Below, one piece after another: positions 1 through 15,398 of a stretch of 64,000 nt of DNA. Both the position numbers and the translations under genes were made by a program. This DNA is from Octopus vulgaris. Its lineage: Eukaryota. The stretch covers positions 30,256,001 through 30,320,000 of the forward strand of contig OX597827.1 in NCBI GenBank assembly GCA_951406725.2, given 5' to 3'. The notes below the pieces were generated by a model. That model was given only the letters and a program-made list of their open reading frames with translations. It was not told where the DNA came from and made no database searches. How positions within the stretch are numbered: the stretch's first letter is position 1; every line of letters begins with the position of its first letter.

Positions 1-1496
1 AAAGCAATGGATACTGAAGCGCGTCATAAGATCTGTGAGTCTCGCTGATCCTGTGTAGGTTGTTACCACGGGAGGAGATGATTATGTCACGGCTGTTGTG
101 TTGCTCTCCGTGTATAACTGCGGCAATTTCGTTGCACGCAGGTGCGTTGAAACGGCGTTCGTGCTCCCCGTAGGGTCGTTTATCAGCATCAATGACAACG
201 GTGAAGTTTGGAGATGGAGCACTGTCCAAGGCATATCTGAAGCTGCAGACGTAGCTGTTGATATCATGAAGCATGGTTTGGAGACGGAGAAGAATGTCTT
301 TGCGAGGAACATAGCTTGTACCCGGTATTATTCCAAGGCGTGCATCAACCTGGTGGTTGTAGTCGGCAATGAAGTATATTTGGAGGAAAGAAGACTGCTG
401 AATCTCGTCTGGCAGAAGTGACCCAATAAGATGGTAGACCTGTCCCTGCACTTTGAAAGTAGGCATCCAGCCTTCTCTGGGAGGAATTTTGGCCCCGAAA
501 GAGGTCATTTGGAATGAGCAGTTGTACTTTCGAATTATTTCAAGGAATTGTGACGAATCGGGGGTTAAACCCGCCGCGAGATCCTTCAGTGGTTGAGGTG
601 GTTCCCGTAGGGGTGGCAGGTCCACTTTGCCACCAGAGCAGCACAAACCAGGTGGCTCTCCGGGCCATTTCTTGGCTTTGCAAAACTGGCATACAATTGT
701 CATTGACCCTATCTTGATGTCGTCACGCAAGGAGAAGTTAATTGTGGCGTCGTAGTTGAATGCTAGTGACAACCAGAAAGCGGGGGCAGGGGTACGTACA
801 CCACGAATGATATCCCGACGTTTGTTGATACTCTCAAGTCGAGTGCACCGTGCCTCAGCAGATTCAGATGCACGTGCGACAGCGGTAGCAGTGGCATCCC
901 TTGAAAGCCTTTCAGCTCTCGCCTCAGCACCCTCTGAAGCCCTAGCAGAAGCAGTGTTAATGGCATGTCTGGATGTCCGAATAGTCCGTTGGTGTGGAGT
1001 TTCGGCAGATCGAGCCCTGGCTGTGTTTGCGGCGTTAGCAGCTTGGCGAGCTCTCCTCTGTTGAGGTGTTTCGGCAGCTTTGGCCATGGCTTTGTTTGCG
1101 GCGTCAGCATCTTGGCGAGTTCTCCTCTGCTGTGAGGTTTCGACAGATCGTGTCCTGGCAGTGCTAGTGGCGTTAGCCGCATTCCGAATGGCCCTTTAGT
1201 TCGGGGTTCTCGCGAGCTCTGCGGATGGAAGCACAGTAAGAAGCCCGCATGTTTTGGCTGGACTGTTGCTCTTTCGTCAACCTCGAGCGGAGGGAAGATC
1301 TGTACGCTGCGACCTTTGCAAGTCGGGTAGAACGGTCGCTAGTAGTTTCAGATGCCTGAGCAGCGGCATAACGGGAAGCTGTTTGCGAGAGGCGCAAGGC
1401 GGTTTCCTCGTGGGTCTCGCGTGCCCTTCTAGCCCTAGCAGCCGATGCCTTGGCCGTCCGAGGGCTGAGGAGGGTCCTTCTCTTCTTGGGTGGCAT
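1..1496 (-). pseudogene. Helitron RepHel N-terminal/Rep region, frameshifted
   Basis: Manual translation gives MPPKKRRT... (ATG at 1496), Arg/Ala-rich repeats, the Zn-finger-like CQFCKAKKWPGEPPGLCCSGGKV, then GWMPTFKVQGQVYHLIGSLLP, FLQIYF, HERRFNAP and ISETHRSYDALQYPLL. These are conserved Helitron Rep motifs. Confidence 0.9.
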
Positions 1497-2646
1497 TTTG
1501 GTGGATAGCAATGTGTTTGGCAAAGGTGTAATAAAAAGGAACACGTGGGGTAAGTATTTTGGTGGATAGCAATGTGTTTGGTAAAGGTGTAATAAAAAGG
1601 AGCTCGTGGAGTAAGTATCCGAAAATGTATAAAAATGTACAAAAACGGCCAAAAACCTGGCAGCAATGTGAGTGACAACAACGAAAAAGTCAAAAGTGAT
1701 CAAACTGAACAAACGAAAGGAAAAGTTTTTTGATGCACACGACAAAAGTGGTTTATAATAAACCAAGAGTTTGCAAGTAGCGTCCGAGGACCGTTAGGGT
1801 ACGTCAAAAATTGAAGGTAAAATGTTTGGGGTGGTAGTTATAAAGAAAGTTTAAACCAAAAAAGTATTCGAATAACTTGCGGCTGCAGCAGCTATTAGCA
1901 GAAGTGGCGGTGTTGGGGGTAAAGTCTCGAATGTAATTTCTTCCTGGTAGGAATTGGTTGGATCGAATTATCGATAGCTAAAAAGGTCAAGTTGCGTCCC
2001 CTAGACAGTCTGGTTTGTGTTTAATACACAAATTTGTTTGCTATGTGTGCCACATATGATTAAATTAACCGATTTTTTCCAATAATGTATCCTATTGGAA
2101 TAAAAAGGGCTATATAGCTCCTTGGAGCAGACATGATGCTCGTTGTGAAAAAAAAAAAAGATTCCTGCCAATTTGTGAAAGATATTGTCGAAAATATGTC
2201 ATCTTGAATTTGAACGCGATTTCCCAAAATGGCATGATTTTATCGATTGTTTCTGATGGTAAGGTATTGCATGGAAAACTAACGTCAGAATTGAGTTTCT
2301 TAGGGTAACATTAAGCTTCACCATGAGTTTGGTGAAAATCGATTGCAAGTTGTGAAAACTACCATAGATAATGCGTTGCATAAAAAAAGCTTAGATTCTC
2401 GAGTTGCGTCCCCTAGACAGTCTGTGGTTCATGTTTATGATTCTCGACCCCATGTCGAATTTATCAATTTTTTTCAGAACTGGGGGAACTTTTCAAAATT
2501 TTCGCTGCGTTAGTTTTGAATTATGACATTGGGCTATGTGTGTGTCAAGTTTCATCAGAATCGGTTGAAAGCCGTGGTCAGGGTGACGGTACGAGAAAAC
2601 AGACACACAGAAGCACGCACAGACAAACTGCCGTTTATATATAGAG

Positions 2647-2647
<1 letters not shown>
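1..2647 (-). mobile_element. Helitron, 5' half (5' terminus, UTR and Rep N-terminal region); continues beyond the left edge of the window
   Basis: The minus strand begins A|TCTCTATATATAAACGGCAG at 2647, a Helitron 5'-TC terminus after an A. Downstream minus-strand frames give Helitron Rep motifs. Confidence 0.85.
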
Positions 2648-3843
<1,196 letters not shown>

Positions 3844-3906
3844 AAGCTTCCTGATGATTTCTCTTGAATGAAACAGTTCTAGTCCTGTACAAGCTCCTTC
3901 TATATA

Positions 3907-3912
<6 letters not shown>
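3844..3912 (+). repeat. Single arm of the 132-bp hammerhead-like palindrome found at 4919 and 5734
   Basis: aagcttcctgatgatttctcttgaatgaaacagttctagtcctgtacaagctccttctatataataaat is identical to the right arm of those palindromes. Confidence 0.9.
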
Positions 3913-3985
<73 letters not shown>

Positions 3986-4007
3986 CATATATACATATAT
4001 ACATATT

Positions 4008-4223
4008 GAAATGTAGACGACTGGCCGGATGGATCCTCAGAACCTTTAGAACAAGAGAACAAGAAACCATGATGGTCCTCTGGAGGACACTTGTCCTAAG
4101 CCACTTTGACTACTGCTCTCAGTTATGGTCACCATCCAGTGTCAAGTTGATCACAGAGCTCGAGGCGATCCAACGTAGCTACACGAAGAAGATAGCCTCT
4201 ATGCAGAATGTAAGCTACTGGGA
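4008..4223 (+). mobile_element. CR1-group LINE ORF2 fragment (post-RT region)
   Basis: KCRRLAGWILRTFRTR...[19 protein letters not shown]...[10 protein letters not shown]...SYWE is typical of the CR1/L2 post-RT segment. Confidence 0.8.
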
Positions 4224-4257
4224 ATATGACCATTCCGAAATATAACAATATATATAC

Positions 4258-4304
<47 letters not shown>

Positions 4305-4501
4305 CACACATATATATATATATACATATATATATATACATATATATATATACATATATATATATATACATATATATATACACATATATATATATACACA
4401 TATATATATATACACATATATATATACACATATATATATATACACATATATATATATACATATATATATATACATATATATATATACATATATATATACA
4501 C

Positions 4502-4535
<34 letters not shown>

Positions 4536-4554
4536 ATATATATATTTATGTGTA

Positions 4555-4589
<35 letters not shown>

Positions 4590-4609
4590 TGTATGTATAT
4601 ATATATATG

Positions 4610-4659
<50 letters not shown>

Positions 4660-4708
4660 GTGTATATATATATATGTATATATATATATATGTGTATATA
4701 TATATATG

Positions 4709-4779
<71 letters not shown>

Positions 4780-4810
4780 GTGTATATATATGTATATATA
4801 TATATATGTG

Positions 4811-4856
<46 letters not shown>

Positions 4857-4861
4857 ATGTG

Positions 4862-4918
<57 letters not shown>

Positions 4919-4924
<6 letters not shown>

Positions 4925-5050
4925 TATATAGAAGGAGCTTCTACAGGACTAGAACTGTTTCATTCAAGAGAAATCATCAGGAAGCTTCCTGATGATTTCT
5001 CTTGAATGAAACAGTTCTAGTCCTGTACAAGCTCCTTCTATATAATAAAT
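4919..5050. repeat. 132-bp near-perfect loopless palindrome, copy 1 of a ~200-bp unit (4919-5119)
   Basis: Centre GAAG|CTTC at 4984/4985; a single C/C mismatch at 4941/5028. Confidence 0.95.
4936..4986 (-). ncRNA. Type I hammerhead ribozyme-like motif
   Basis: Minus strand reads agcuuc-CUGAUGA-uuuc ucuu gaau-GAAA-cag uucuaguc cug-UA-gaagcu. Stem I is 6 bp, stem III is intact with a GUA triplet, and stem II is short with a non-canonical U.U closing pair. Confidence 0.55.
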
Positions 5051-5116
5051 TAATTTTACTCTGCTATGTATTGAGTACCTTATTTACTGTGGTTAACCCC
5101 GAATGAACCCGGGACC

Positions 5117-5341
<225 letters not shown>

Positions 5342-5374
5342 ATATATATATATATGTGTGTGTATATATATATT

Positions 5375-5865
<491 letters not shown>

Positions 5866-5931
5866 TAATTTTACTCTGCTATGTATTGAGTACCTTATTT
5901 ACTGTGGTTAACCCCGAATGAACCCGGGACC

Positions 5932-6001
<70 letters not shown>

Positions 6002-6009
6002 CATATATA

Positions 6010-6173
<164 letters not shown>

Positions 6174-6225
6174 GAATTGAAGAAATGGAGTTGAACGAAG
6201 ATTGAACAGAAATCCTTTTATTGCA

Positions 6226-6305
6226 TTCTACACGTGTTTCGAAAGCCACAATTTACCAAATTCCGATTGCATAAGGAGACCATATTGTGTCTTTCTCTTC
6301 AGGAA
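6226..6305 (-). ncRNA. Type I hammerhead ribozyme, mirror copy on the minus strand
   Basis: Reverse complement of 6407-6486; the core is intact. Confidence 0.8.
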
Positions 6306-6406
6306 GAAATAGGAATTCCGTTGGCAGAACAAAAACAGCCTCCTCGTTCGATTTGTTTTGCTGCCCCTCTGTTCTGTTTTTGTTCTGCCAATGGAATTCC
6401 TATTTC

Positions 6407-6486
6407 TTCCTGAAGAGAAAGACACAATATGGTCTCCTTATTCAATCGGAATTTGGTAAATTGTGGCTTTCGAAACACGTGTAGAA
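6407..6486 (+). ncRNA. Type I hammerhead ribozyme (Penelope/retrozyme type)
   Basis: uuc-CUGAAGA(6410-6416)-gaaag.cacaau...auugug.cuuuc-GAAA(6472-6475)-C acgu G-UA-gaa. The full catalytic core is present, with a G-C closed stem II, a palindromic CACGUG stem III, a GUA cleavage triplet at 6481-6483 and stem I uuc/gaa that can be extended. Confidence 0.8.
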
Positions 6487-6700
6487 TGCAATAAAAGGAT
6501 TTCTGTTCAATCTTCATTCAACTCCATTTCTTCAATTCACTAATAATATTAAAATTCAATTATCCGCACCAACGCACGGTTGCAACACCATATGGTTGTA
6601 CCTCCAACCGTGCTTTCTTCTGCTGTGATTTTTGCTACCAAGGTATCGGTTAAACTTTTGATTAATCTGCAACAAGATTATTCATCTGTCTATTTCACCA

Positions 6701-6842
<142 letters not shown>

Positions 6843-6844
6843 AT

Positions 6845-6999
<155 letters not shown>

Positions 7000-7000
7000 C

Positions 7001-7093
<93 letters not shown>

Positions 7094-7189
7094 GTTAATC
7101 CAAACATGAGCAAGCAAGAAAAAGCAACAACGTGAGGATGTGGAATAAGTACAGTGTTATTGGACGCTCAGGAAAGGAAAGAAAAGAAA

Positions 7190-7230
7190 GAGGACCTCAT
7201 TTTTCGAGCGGAGCTCTTCATCAGAAATAT
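7190..7230 (-). ncRNA. Degenerate hammerhead-like core
   Basis: Minus strand CUGAUGA-a-gagc ucc gcuc-GAAA; stem III and the cleavage site are eroded. Confidence 0.35.
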
Positions 7231-7298
7231 AGAAAAAGTCCAAAGAAGGGAAGACGGAGAAAGAAAATCGCCAACGATACACACACAGTCGCATATTG

Positions 7299-7342
<44 letters not shown>

Positions 7343-7557
7343 TGTGTGTATGTGTGTGTGTGTGTGTGTATGTATGTATATGCACATCTTAGGTTCTGGT
7401 AGAGTATATAGATAGGGTATTTCCAGGAAAGCACACAACCTGAGTTCAGGGCTATCAACACTGTCGGATACCAGACTAATACTGAAACTCATCAAGTGTA
7501 AAAAACCCAGGTTTCGCTATGGTAGAACTGCTGTGTGGGTATAGCGAAGAGTAAACT

Positions 7558-7886
7558 ATTATCCAAATAATAAGACAAAGAAATCCTTTAATGCATCTCT
7601 AATGATTCGCTACAGCTGTTTCTCTACCAACACTGCTTGCAACGCCCGTTTACACAATATTCAAAGTCAAAATTTACATAATGTTTGCAGTTTTAGACTT
7701 TAGAGGTGGCACTTCATCAGACTTCATCAGAAATGCCACTCATATCTCTAAAACCCCAAACATTACGTAAATAGTCACTCTGAACAAACTGCAAACTGGT
7801 GTTGCAAGCAGAGTTGGTACAGAAACAACTGTACCGAATCATTAAATATGTGTTAAAAGATTTCCTTGTCTTAATATTAGGATTAT
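7558..7886. repeat. Degenerate inverted repeat (~90-bp arms) with hammerhead remnants
   Basis: 7558-7650 pairs with 7792-7886. The arms carry GAAAC-agct-GTA (minus) and GAAAC-aact-GTA (plus), and CTGATGA occurs twice on the minus strand at 7714-7730. Confidence 0.6.
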
Positions 7887-8440
7887 ATATATAAATACAA
7901 ATATGTGTATGTGTGTTAGTGGACATGTATATATGGGTGAGATTAGATATTTCACCTCTCTTCCCTTTGTCTTGTCTTTTGGTCAAATTATCTTCACTTC
8001 AGTAGTTTTACTTTTACGTGTAGGTTCCTTATTTATATCTATAATCATACGAGAGATGTCTTAATAATCTGAAAATCACTTTTATTCAACAGAAACAATA
8101 ATGTAAATAAATTTGAAAAGAATTTCATTGGCACCCATTCTACCTTAGTAATGATGATTAAATTTATAGGACGCCATAAAATGAATGATTGATGAATGAA
8201 TACAGTTTTCTTGAAACTTTTGATTATTTCCGAATGCTTTTCATCCACATCGACGAATTTATACTATTAGCTACACCAACCACCTTAAACACCAGTTTAA
8301 GCAACAAATGCCAGCATCTACCATCAGCACATACCTAACATATCTCTGAAGTGGTTTCTACTGTAGATTTTGCATATTCTAAATTCATAGAGTTGTTCAT
8401 TTGAAGAAAAGGGTAAATGTCTATTGTTTTTGAATTTCAG

Positions 8441-8543
8441 TGTATGGATAATGTACGGAGAGATAATGTCTCAAAACAACAGATAAAACATGAACTAAGA
8501 CGAGAGAAATTGCATCATAAAAAAAAAGATGAAGAAACGAAAA
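8441..8543 (+). pseudogene. Diverged duplicate of the SVBP-like exon at 20827 (pseudo-exon or alternative exon)
   Basis: Bounded by tttcAG and GTAAGC. CMDNVRRDNVSKQQIKHELRREKLHHKKKDEETK aligns with TLENTWRDTIFKKKKMKHELRQQKLLQKQKDEEMK. It is 103 nt long and ends in phase 1. Confidence 0.5.
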
Positions 8544-8603
8544 GTAAGCATATTTGCTCATTTGTCTCACTTTCTGTATGTGTGTGTGTGTTAGTGTCTT
8601 TTG

Positions 8604-8664
<61 letters not shown>

Positions 8665-9120
8665 CCTTCCCTCCTCATCATCATCATCATCAACAACAAC
8701 AACAACAACATCATAATCCGTTCAAACATTTAAGCATTGGCTGTGTGTGATTAAAAATCTTTTTCTTGTTCATCTGCTCTTTGTTAAAATGTTTTCAGTC
8801 TTATATTCCTCAATACTTCTTTTCTTTCCTTAAAACTTTGTGAACCACACCAATATTGCACTCACTACATGCTATCCATTAGTGGGACAAGTGTATAAAA
8901 AGTACCAGACTAATGAATTTTTCAGTTTAAGCTGGTTTCCTTTCTGATAAACTTCAAAATAACTATCAACTTTTTCCATTTATGCACACACATACAACTA
9001 TAAACATACATACAAACAGGTGCACACAAATACATACATACACTTACATTTATATTCATTTATTCTTTTATTCTTTCATAAGTTTCCGACTTAAGGCTGT
9101 GGCCATATACACATATAGTT

Positions 9121-9121
9121 A

Positions 9122-9197
<76 letters not shown>

Positions 9198-9200
9198 TCT
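9121..9200. repeat. (CTGT)n(CTAT)n microsatellite, 5' flank of Tx1-like element 1
   Basis: Direct reading. Confidence 0.95.
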
Positions 9201-12200
9201 CGATTGATAGTGTTCATTGTTGGATCGGCTCGTAAGTCAATCGCTTTTTTTATTGTGTTTTTGAAAAAGTTTTCGTTTCAATTTTTGCACACGGAGTGTG
9301 TAAGACACCCAGCTTACGTCTGGGTGTGTTTTCTGGAGAGGATTTTGCCCCTAGGGGCAATTTCAGCCTTGATTATATATCAAAATTTTTGCTGCCATTG
9401 CTTGTTTTCACTCAATGTTGCCGAAGCGTTCATTGTAATGCATAGACGCTGTTCTCTCTCTCTGTTGCATCCGTTTGTTTACGTTTTACATTTTCGGAGT
9501 TTTTCAACTTTTCAAACGCCCAACTTTTGTTTGGGTGTTTTTTTAAATGTAGAATTCGCCCCTAGGGGCATTTTCATCAATTGACTTTTATTTTTCTCGA
9601 AAAAAAAAAAGAATGTCAAGAAATTTTATTGTTGAACAGTATTCTACGATTTTTTCTAAGGAGGATTTTCCTGCTTTGGAAGACACAGTCAACAAAGACA
9701 CTGATATAAAGAAAGATAAAACTGAAATCAACACCACCAGCACCACCAACATCAAAGCTACCACATCTGATAGAACTAACACTGACACAACAACCGTTAA
9801 CAACAACAAAAACAAGAATAACAACAACAAAAATGAAGTAAATATAAATGTCCATGATGTTCCGCAAGATTTAATTAACTCACCTATAATCTCACCTACA
9901 ACGATATCTGCTGCCACGGCTGTCTCTTCTGCCACTGACACCACCGCCAACACCAACAACAATAACAACAACAACAATCCCTTTCAGATCTTGTTTCCTC
10001 CAACACCAAGAACTGAAGGAGAAAAACAAAAGACCGCGACCACCAAACGAATTGCCGAAAGTTGCTCAAATGCAGGGACAAATTATGCAAGCAATTTTCC
10101 ACCCCCTCCTACTTGCACAATCAAACATCAGACACCAAATACACCGAATATACCAACTGCAGCCAACAACAACATCACCACCAGCAACAACAATAACAAA
10201 ACAACAACAAATTTCGCCGAGGCGATAAAAGAAAAAAAAAACAACAGTATCTTTTACTGCACAGCAGATAAAAGATGCCAAAGCTTTAATCACAAAAGAA
10301 AATGGCAAAGTAAAAATAAACATACCGCAACAAATATTGGAAAACGAAAAAAAGAAAACAATTATATATAAAATAATCAACAACAAGACAAAAAGTCCAG
10401 AGAAGGCAAACACAAACAAAATCGAAAAATGCTTGCAACCTATCTGGAATTTTAAAGAATATGTTACCTGGTGGAACAAGATTGCTCACATACAAATAGT
10501 GTTCCACACTGAAGAGTTAGCAAAACGCTTCTCAACGCTAACTCTTCATTTGGATGAACTTACTATGATACCTAGCTACCTTGGACAGAGAGTAACTAAG
10601 GTCATATTAAACAATGTTCCCCAAATAGCGGACACTCTATGGCTAACATCGGCCATATGTGTGGAAATGGACGATTTTAACATATTACAAACCATGGTCA
10701 CTTAACACAAAAACTGGGTGGGAAAGAGAGTAGAAATTCTCTTACATATCAACCAAGATGCCATCAACAAAATACCCACCCAGATATATAAATCAGAAGT
10801 CCACAAGTTGTACGTGGTCGTCGAGGGCAGAAGACCACGCTGCTACATATGCGGCAGTGCGCAACATCTAAAAAAAGATTGCAAATCTGCCGTGAGAAAA
10901 CAGCAGCAACAACAGCAGCAGCTGGAATAAACAAAAAAACCAGCTTTATTACCCACACCACAGTTTGCACGAACAATAAAAGGACCAGTCACAGAAAATC
11001 AAAAAGGAACAAACCTACCCAACCAAACAACACCACCAACTGCACCAAGAACAGAAACAACATCAACAACAACAACCAAAGAGAAACCAACTCCTCAACC
11101 AAGAACATCTATCGAAAATGAAGAAACAATTACTACTCCAAATCCCCCCAAAACACACACCCCAAACACCACAACAATACCTACAATCACACAAACACAA
11201 AATACCCACACCCCACCTCCAAAAACCCATACACCACACCCTAACGCTCACCAACCAACACCAACACCAACAACAAAGTCAACACAGTCAAAAATAGACC
11301 CCAATACTTTTCCCCTCCCACTCTCTGATTCCTCTGACATGTCATTAGATGAAGAAGACACAGATGATTGGCAAATAGCCACAGGGGGGGAGGAGAAAAA
11401 GGGGAAAAAAAGAATAGAAAAGCTAACAAACAAAGCAGGAAGATTCACCACTCCCGAAACAAAAACATCCACAGAAAACGAACACATCAACACAAACACA
11501 CTATCACCAAACCCCCCAACAATGTTCACAGCCATAAACACAAACAACCACGACCTAATGGAATACATTAGGTCAAACACCAACATAACTGAAAACGACA
11601 CAAAAATAAATAACCACCCATGCACAACACCACCACAACACATTAAAATAATACACGTAACACAGAACACACACAGCACCCTGAAATCTCTCTACCCTGA
11701 TGCAGTTGGGAGATTTCAAAAATATTTATCGAAGAAACTTTACAAAAATCTCATGGGAGAAGACTGTGAGGTGAAAAACAAAGGACTTTCGGATAATAAG
11801 TAACTTTTTCTCTCTCTCTTTCTTTTTTTTCTCATCTTCTTTTTTCGTGTGTAAAACACAATTTTTGATAGGAACATGCTTAAAATAAGCAGTATAAATG
11901 TACGTGGCTTGGGGTCGCCTTGGAAACGACATCAAGTCACTAAATCTGCATATCATAGCCATCAGTGGGACCAGACTCCACAGTTCGCAGGCATTCCAGC
12001 ACATGTTAGGCACACATTTCAACATTTATTTTTCTCTGTGTCTACCGAGAATGGGCGGAGGTGGCACCGCGGTGCTTCTCCAGAAGAGTCTGGACCTCAA
12101 AGTAAGAGCAATTTTCCTAGACCCAGAGGGTAGGCTGGTCGTTTTAGATGTCGATGGCAGCAATGAGTGTGCTTTTCGACTAATAACAGTTTATGCACCG

Positions 12201-15200
12201 TCCTTAACAGGCTGACCAGATTTCTTTCGACGTCTAGAGTCTTTCATGGGAACGTCTCGTCCTTTACTTTTAGTGGGGGATTGGAATGCCACCCTGGACA
12301 TGCATCTAGACTACGTGGGCAGAGATAGCAATAGGAGGGGATGCAAATGCCTCAAAGACCTTCTCAGACGTTTCCAACTGTCTGACAGGTACTGACTGGA
12401 CCACCCGAATGTGCCAATGTGGACATGGAGTAACCGCATCGGGTCATCCAGATTGTACTTAGATAGAGTATTCTGTAGGACAATAGATAAAAATAGTGTA
12501 GGTTGTCCACAATTTCATATAGTCAGTTACACAGATCACAAGTTTGTGACTTGTACACTTGACTTAGATAAGACACATAGGCAGGGTCCTGGTTACTAGA
12601 AGCTGAACGCGTCTTTTACAGCACGACAGGTTTACAGGGACTGGATCAGCACATTAGTTAAGAGAGCTTTGACGGGTACCATCATCAACAACAGATGGTG
12701 GTATGCTCTAAAAAAAGCAATTAAAGCAGAATCAGTCAGATACAGTAAGGCCCTAGCATTAGACCGAAATAGAATAGAAGGACACTTAGTTAAGAATTCA
12801 GAAGAGGCACTTAGAACTGGCATTGCGTCCAACGTACTGGCAGCAAGGTTGGCCCTCGACCAACACCTCAACGCCAAACACAAAGGATGCGTTGTCAGAG
12901 CTAGGATGTGTGCTCTGAGGAACGAAGAAGTTGGATCCGCCTGAGAAGCCCGAGTGGTGGAGATGCAACAGAACCACCATCAAATCTCTTATAGATGAAA
13001 AGGGGCGCGAATTGCTCGAGCCTAAAAGGATATGTGAGGCTTTTCAACAACACTTCACCCAACTGTTTGGGCCAAGTGGTGGGTCAGAACGCAGAGTGGA
13101 CTTTAGTGCCTACCTGCATGCTTGGATGGTCTGCTCTACGAACTTTATTGTCATATGCCAGACTTGTTTGGAGACGTCTTGGCAGCTGTCTACTGCAACT
13201 GGCAGCAAAACGGGAGTATCCCTGCTTTTGTAAAGTGAGGAGCAGTGACACTGATTAAGAAAGACCCAAACAAGGGGGACGTCATAGATAATTTCAGGCC
13301 TATCACTCTGCTCAATGCAGATTTTAAAATTTTGGCCAAGGTGTTAGCCAAGAGCTTGGCGCTTGTCATCGAGAAACTAGTCGACAAGGCGGAAACATGC
13401 GCCATGCCGGGTAGAAGTATTCATGACAACCTCCATCTGATGCACTAGGGTAGATCATCACTACTTGGAGGCTGTCCTTAAAGCGGCTGGTTTCGGTCCA
13501 GTTTTCTGCAGTTGGATTGCTGCCTTATACAGCGGCATCCGCTCGGTAGTTCGCGTAAATGGTCATCTATCCAGACCTTTTAACATCAGGCATTCGGTTT
13601 GTCAGGGATACCCCCTCTCATCGCTTCTGTATGTATTGACTCTTGAGCTACTACTGCGGAAACTGGTGATGCTGAGGGGCATCCCACGAGAGCTGGGATG
13701 TGGGAGGAGCGTGTCTGCATATGCGGATGACGTCACCGTCATAGTGTCGAGCTACCAGTACATCGAGCTGGTCAGCGAGACACTAAAAGAATATGAAGCA
13801 GTAACGGGAGCAAAAATTAATCGGAAAAAGTCAGTGGGCTTGCGGCTCGGCACCTGGAGAAGCAGGCCCATGCCGTCCAACAGCGTCTCCATCGTGGGAC
13901 GCTGGACGGACGGACCGGTTAAATTGCTTGGGGTCTGGTTCGGTCCGGACCTCCAAATGGAGAAGAACAGAGGCGAAATAACGATTAGGGTGGCTACTCT
14001 CATCCAGAAATGGGCTGAGAGAAAGCTATCCTTAAAAGGTCAGGCGGAGGTGGCGAATGCGTACATCGCATCCGTCATCGAGTATCGTCTGACCATCGTG
14101 CCTTGTCCCAACCCTACCATCACTAAACTGGAACGTATACTCTTCCGCTTCCTGTGGAAGGGAAACGTTCCGATGGTTAGGCGATCCATTTGCTGTCAAC
14201 ATCCACTAAATGGAGGGCTGGGCATGCCGTGGTTGATGATGCGCAGACATGCGCTGAGACTGTGACATCTCCGGCGCTTCATAGACGACGGTGAACAGGT
14301 GTGGTCACCTTTTGTGCGGCACGCTTTCCCGCAGCTCGTCTCCTTGGCTGAACTACAGTCATGGATCAAGCAAAGACCGAGGCTAGGCGAATGGTACCAT
14401 GAGTGTCGTGTTGCTCTCAAGCAACTCTGCCATCCGGGATCAAATTTGTGCGACTCCATCACAACAAAGGCATTCTATAGAGGATTAGTGGAGGGGAGGT
14501 GCGATGACGATCTCAGGCAGAGTCTGGGTGTTGACGAGGAACACCTGACCCACCTGTTCAGGACAACTTTCGGGCCAGGACCTATGGACAATCACCAAAG
14601 TTCCCTGGCCTGGCAGTGCTATCGAGAAGCATTACCTGTTCGGGATAAACTCTACAGACACGGTTCCAGACACACTGGACCGACTTGCCCAAGATGCGGT
14701 CAGTGCGATGAAATCGTTCTGCACGTACTCGTGCAATGTCCAATCATTTCAGACCTGTGGGCTCATGCCGAACGGCTGCTGTCATGAGTGGGACGTGTCC
14801 GCCTATTGGCCGAGTCTATCGTGAATATTGCTCCGCCCCCTTCCCTCGACCGGGAAGGCAAGGCAGTTTTCATCATACTGGTGGCCATGGTGAAAGAATG
14901 TGTGTGGTGGACCCGAGCGAAAGGATTAGAGACAGACACTTACCTCTCTCATCAACTTTTTCAAGTACTACTTGAAAAGGAAGGTGATAATGGAGAGGGA
15001 AGTTTTGTCTCGCGAAAGTTTCAAAAAAAGATGGTGCGTGCGAGTGACGAAACCATTTTGAGCATAACCCTGTAAATCGTAAAAAAGAGAGAGGGAGAGC
15101 ATTTTGCTCTCATGTGGTTATTTCCTCCCTGACTGAGGTTCCCGTGGTCTTTTCTGTAGGCTTTTCTTCCCACGGATGAACCCAATCTTGTTTTATTAAT

Positions 15201-15380
15201 GTTTTTTAAAAAAGTGTTTCTGTGATACACGATTTCTTTCCTTTTTTTTTTTTCCTCTTGATCCCTTTTGATCGGAATCTTACATATATTTTCCGTTTTC
15301 TTTTCCACCCTCGAAAAGAAAAGCTCTACATTTGTATTTGTCTCCTCTGTATTCAGCCCTGTGTGGCCAATAAAAGAAAG
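9201..15380 (+). mobile_element. Tx1/L1-group LINE, near full length, degenerate (copy 1)
   Basis: 5' UTR; ORF1 about 9613-11803 with the CCHC knuckle CYICGSAQHLKKDC; ORF2 about 11876-15075 with APE (SINVRGL, GDWN, TDH), RT (NFRPITLLNADFKILAK, YADD) and a C-terminal CPRC..H..C; AATAAA at the 3' end. Many stops and frameshifts. Confidence 0.9.
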
Positions 15381-15398
15381 TTATCTATCCATCTATCT

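Noticed and set aside
82-1064. Plus-strand and alternative-frame ORFs over the Helitron, and similar antisense ORFs over LINEs
   Set aside because: They are shadow ORFs of TE coding sequence with no independent motifs.
8045-8400. Minus-strand ORF as a possible exon or transposase
   Set aside because: No recognisable motif or convincing splice structure.
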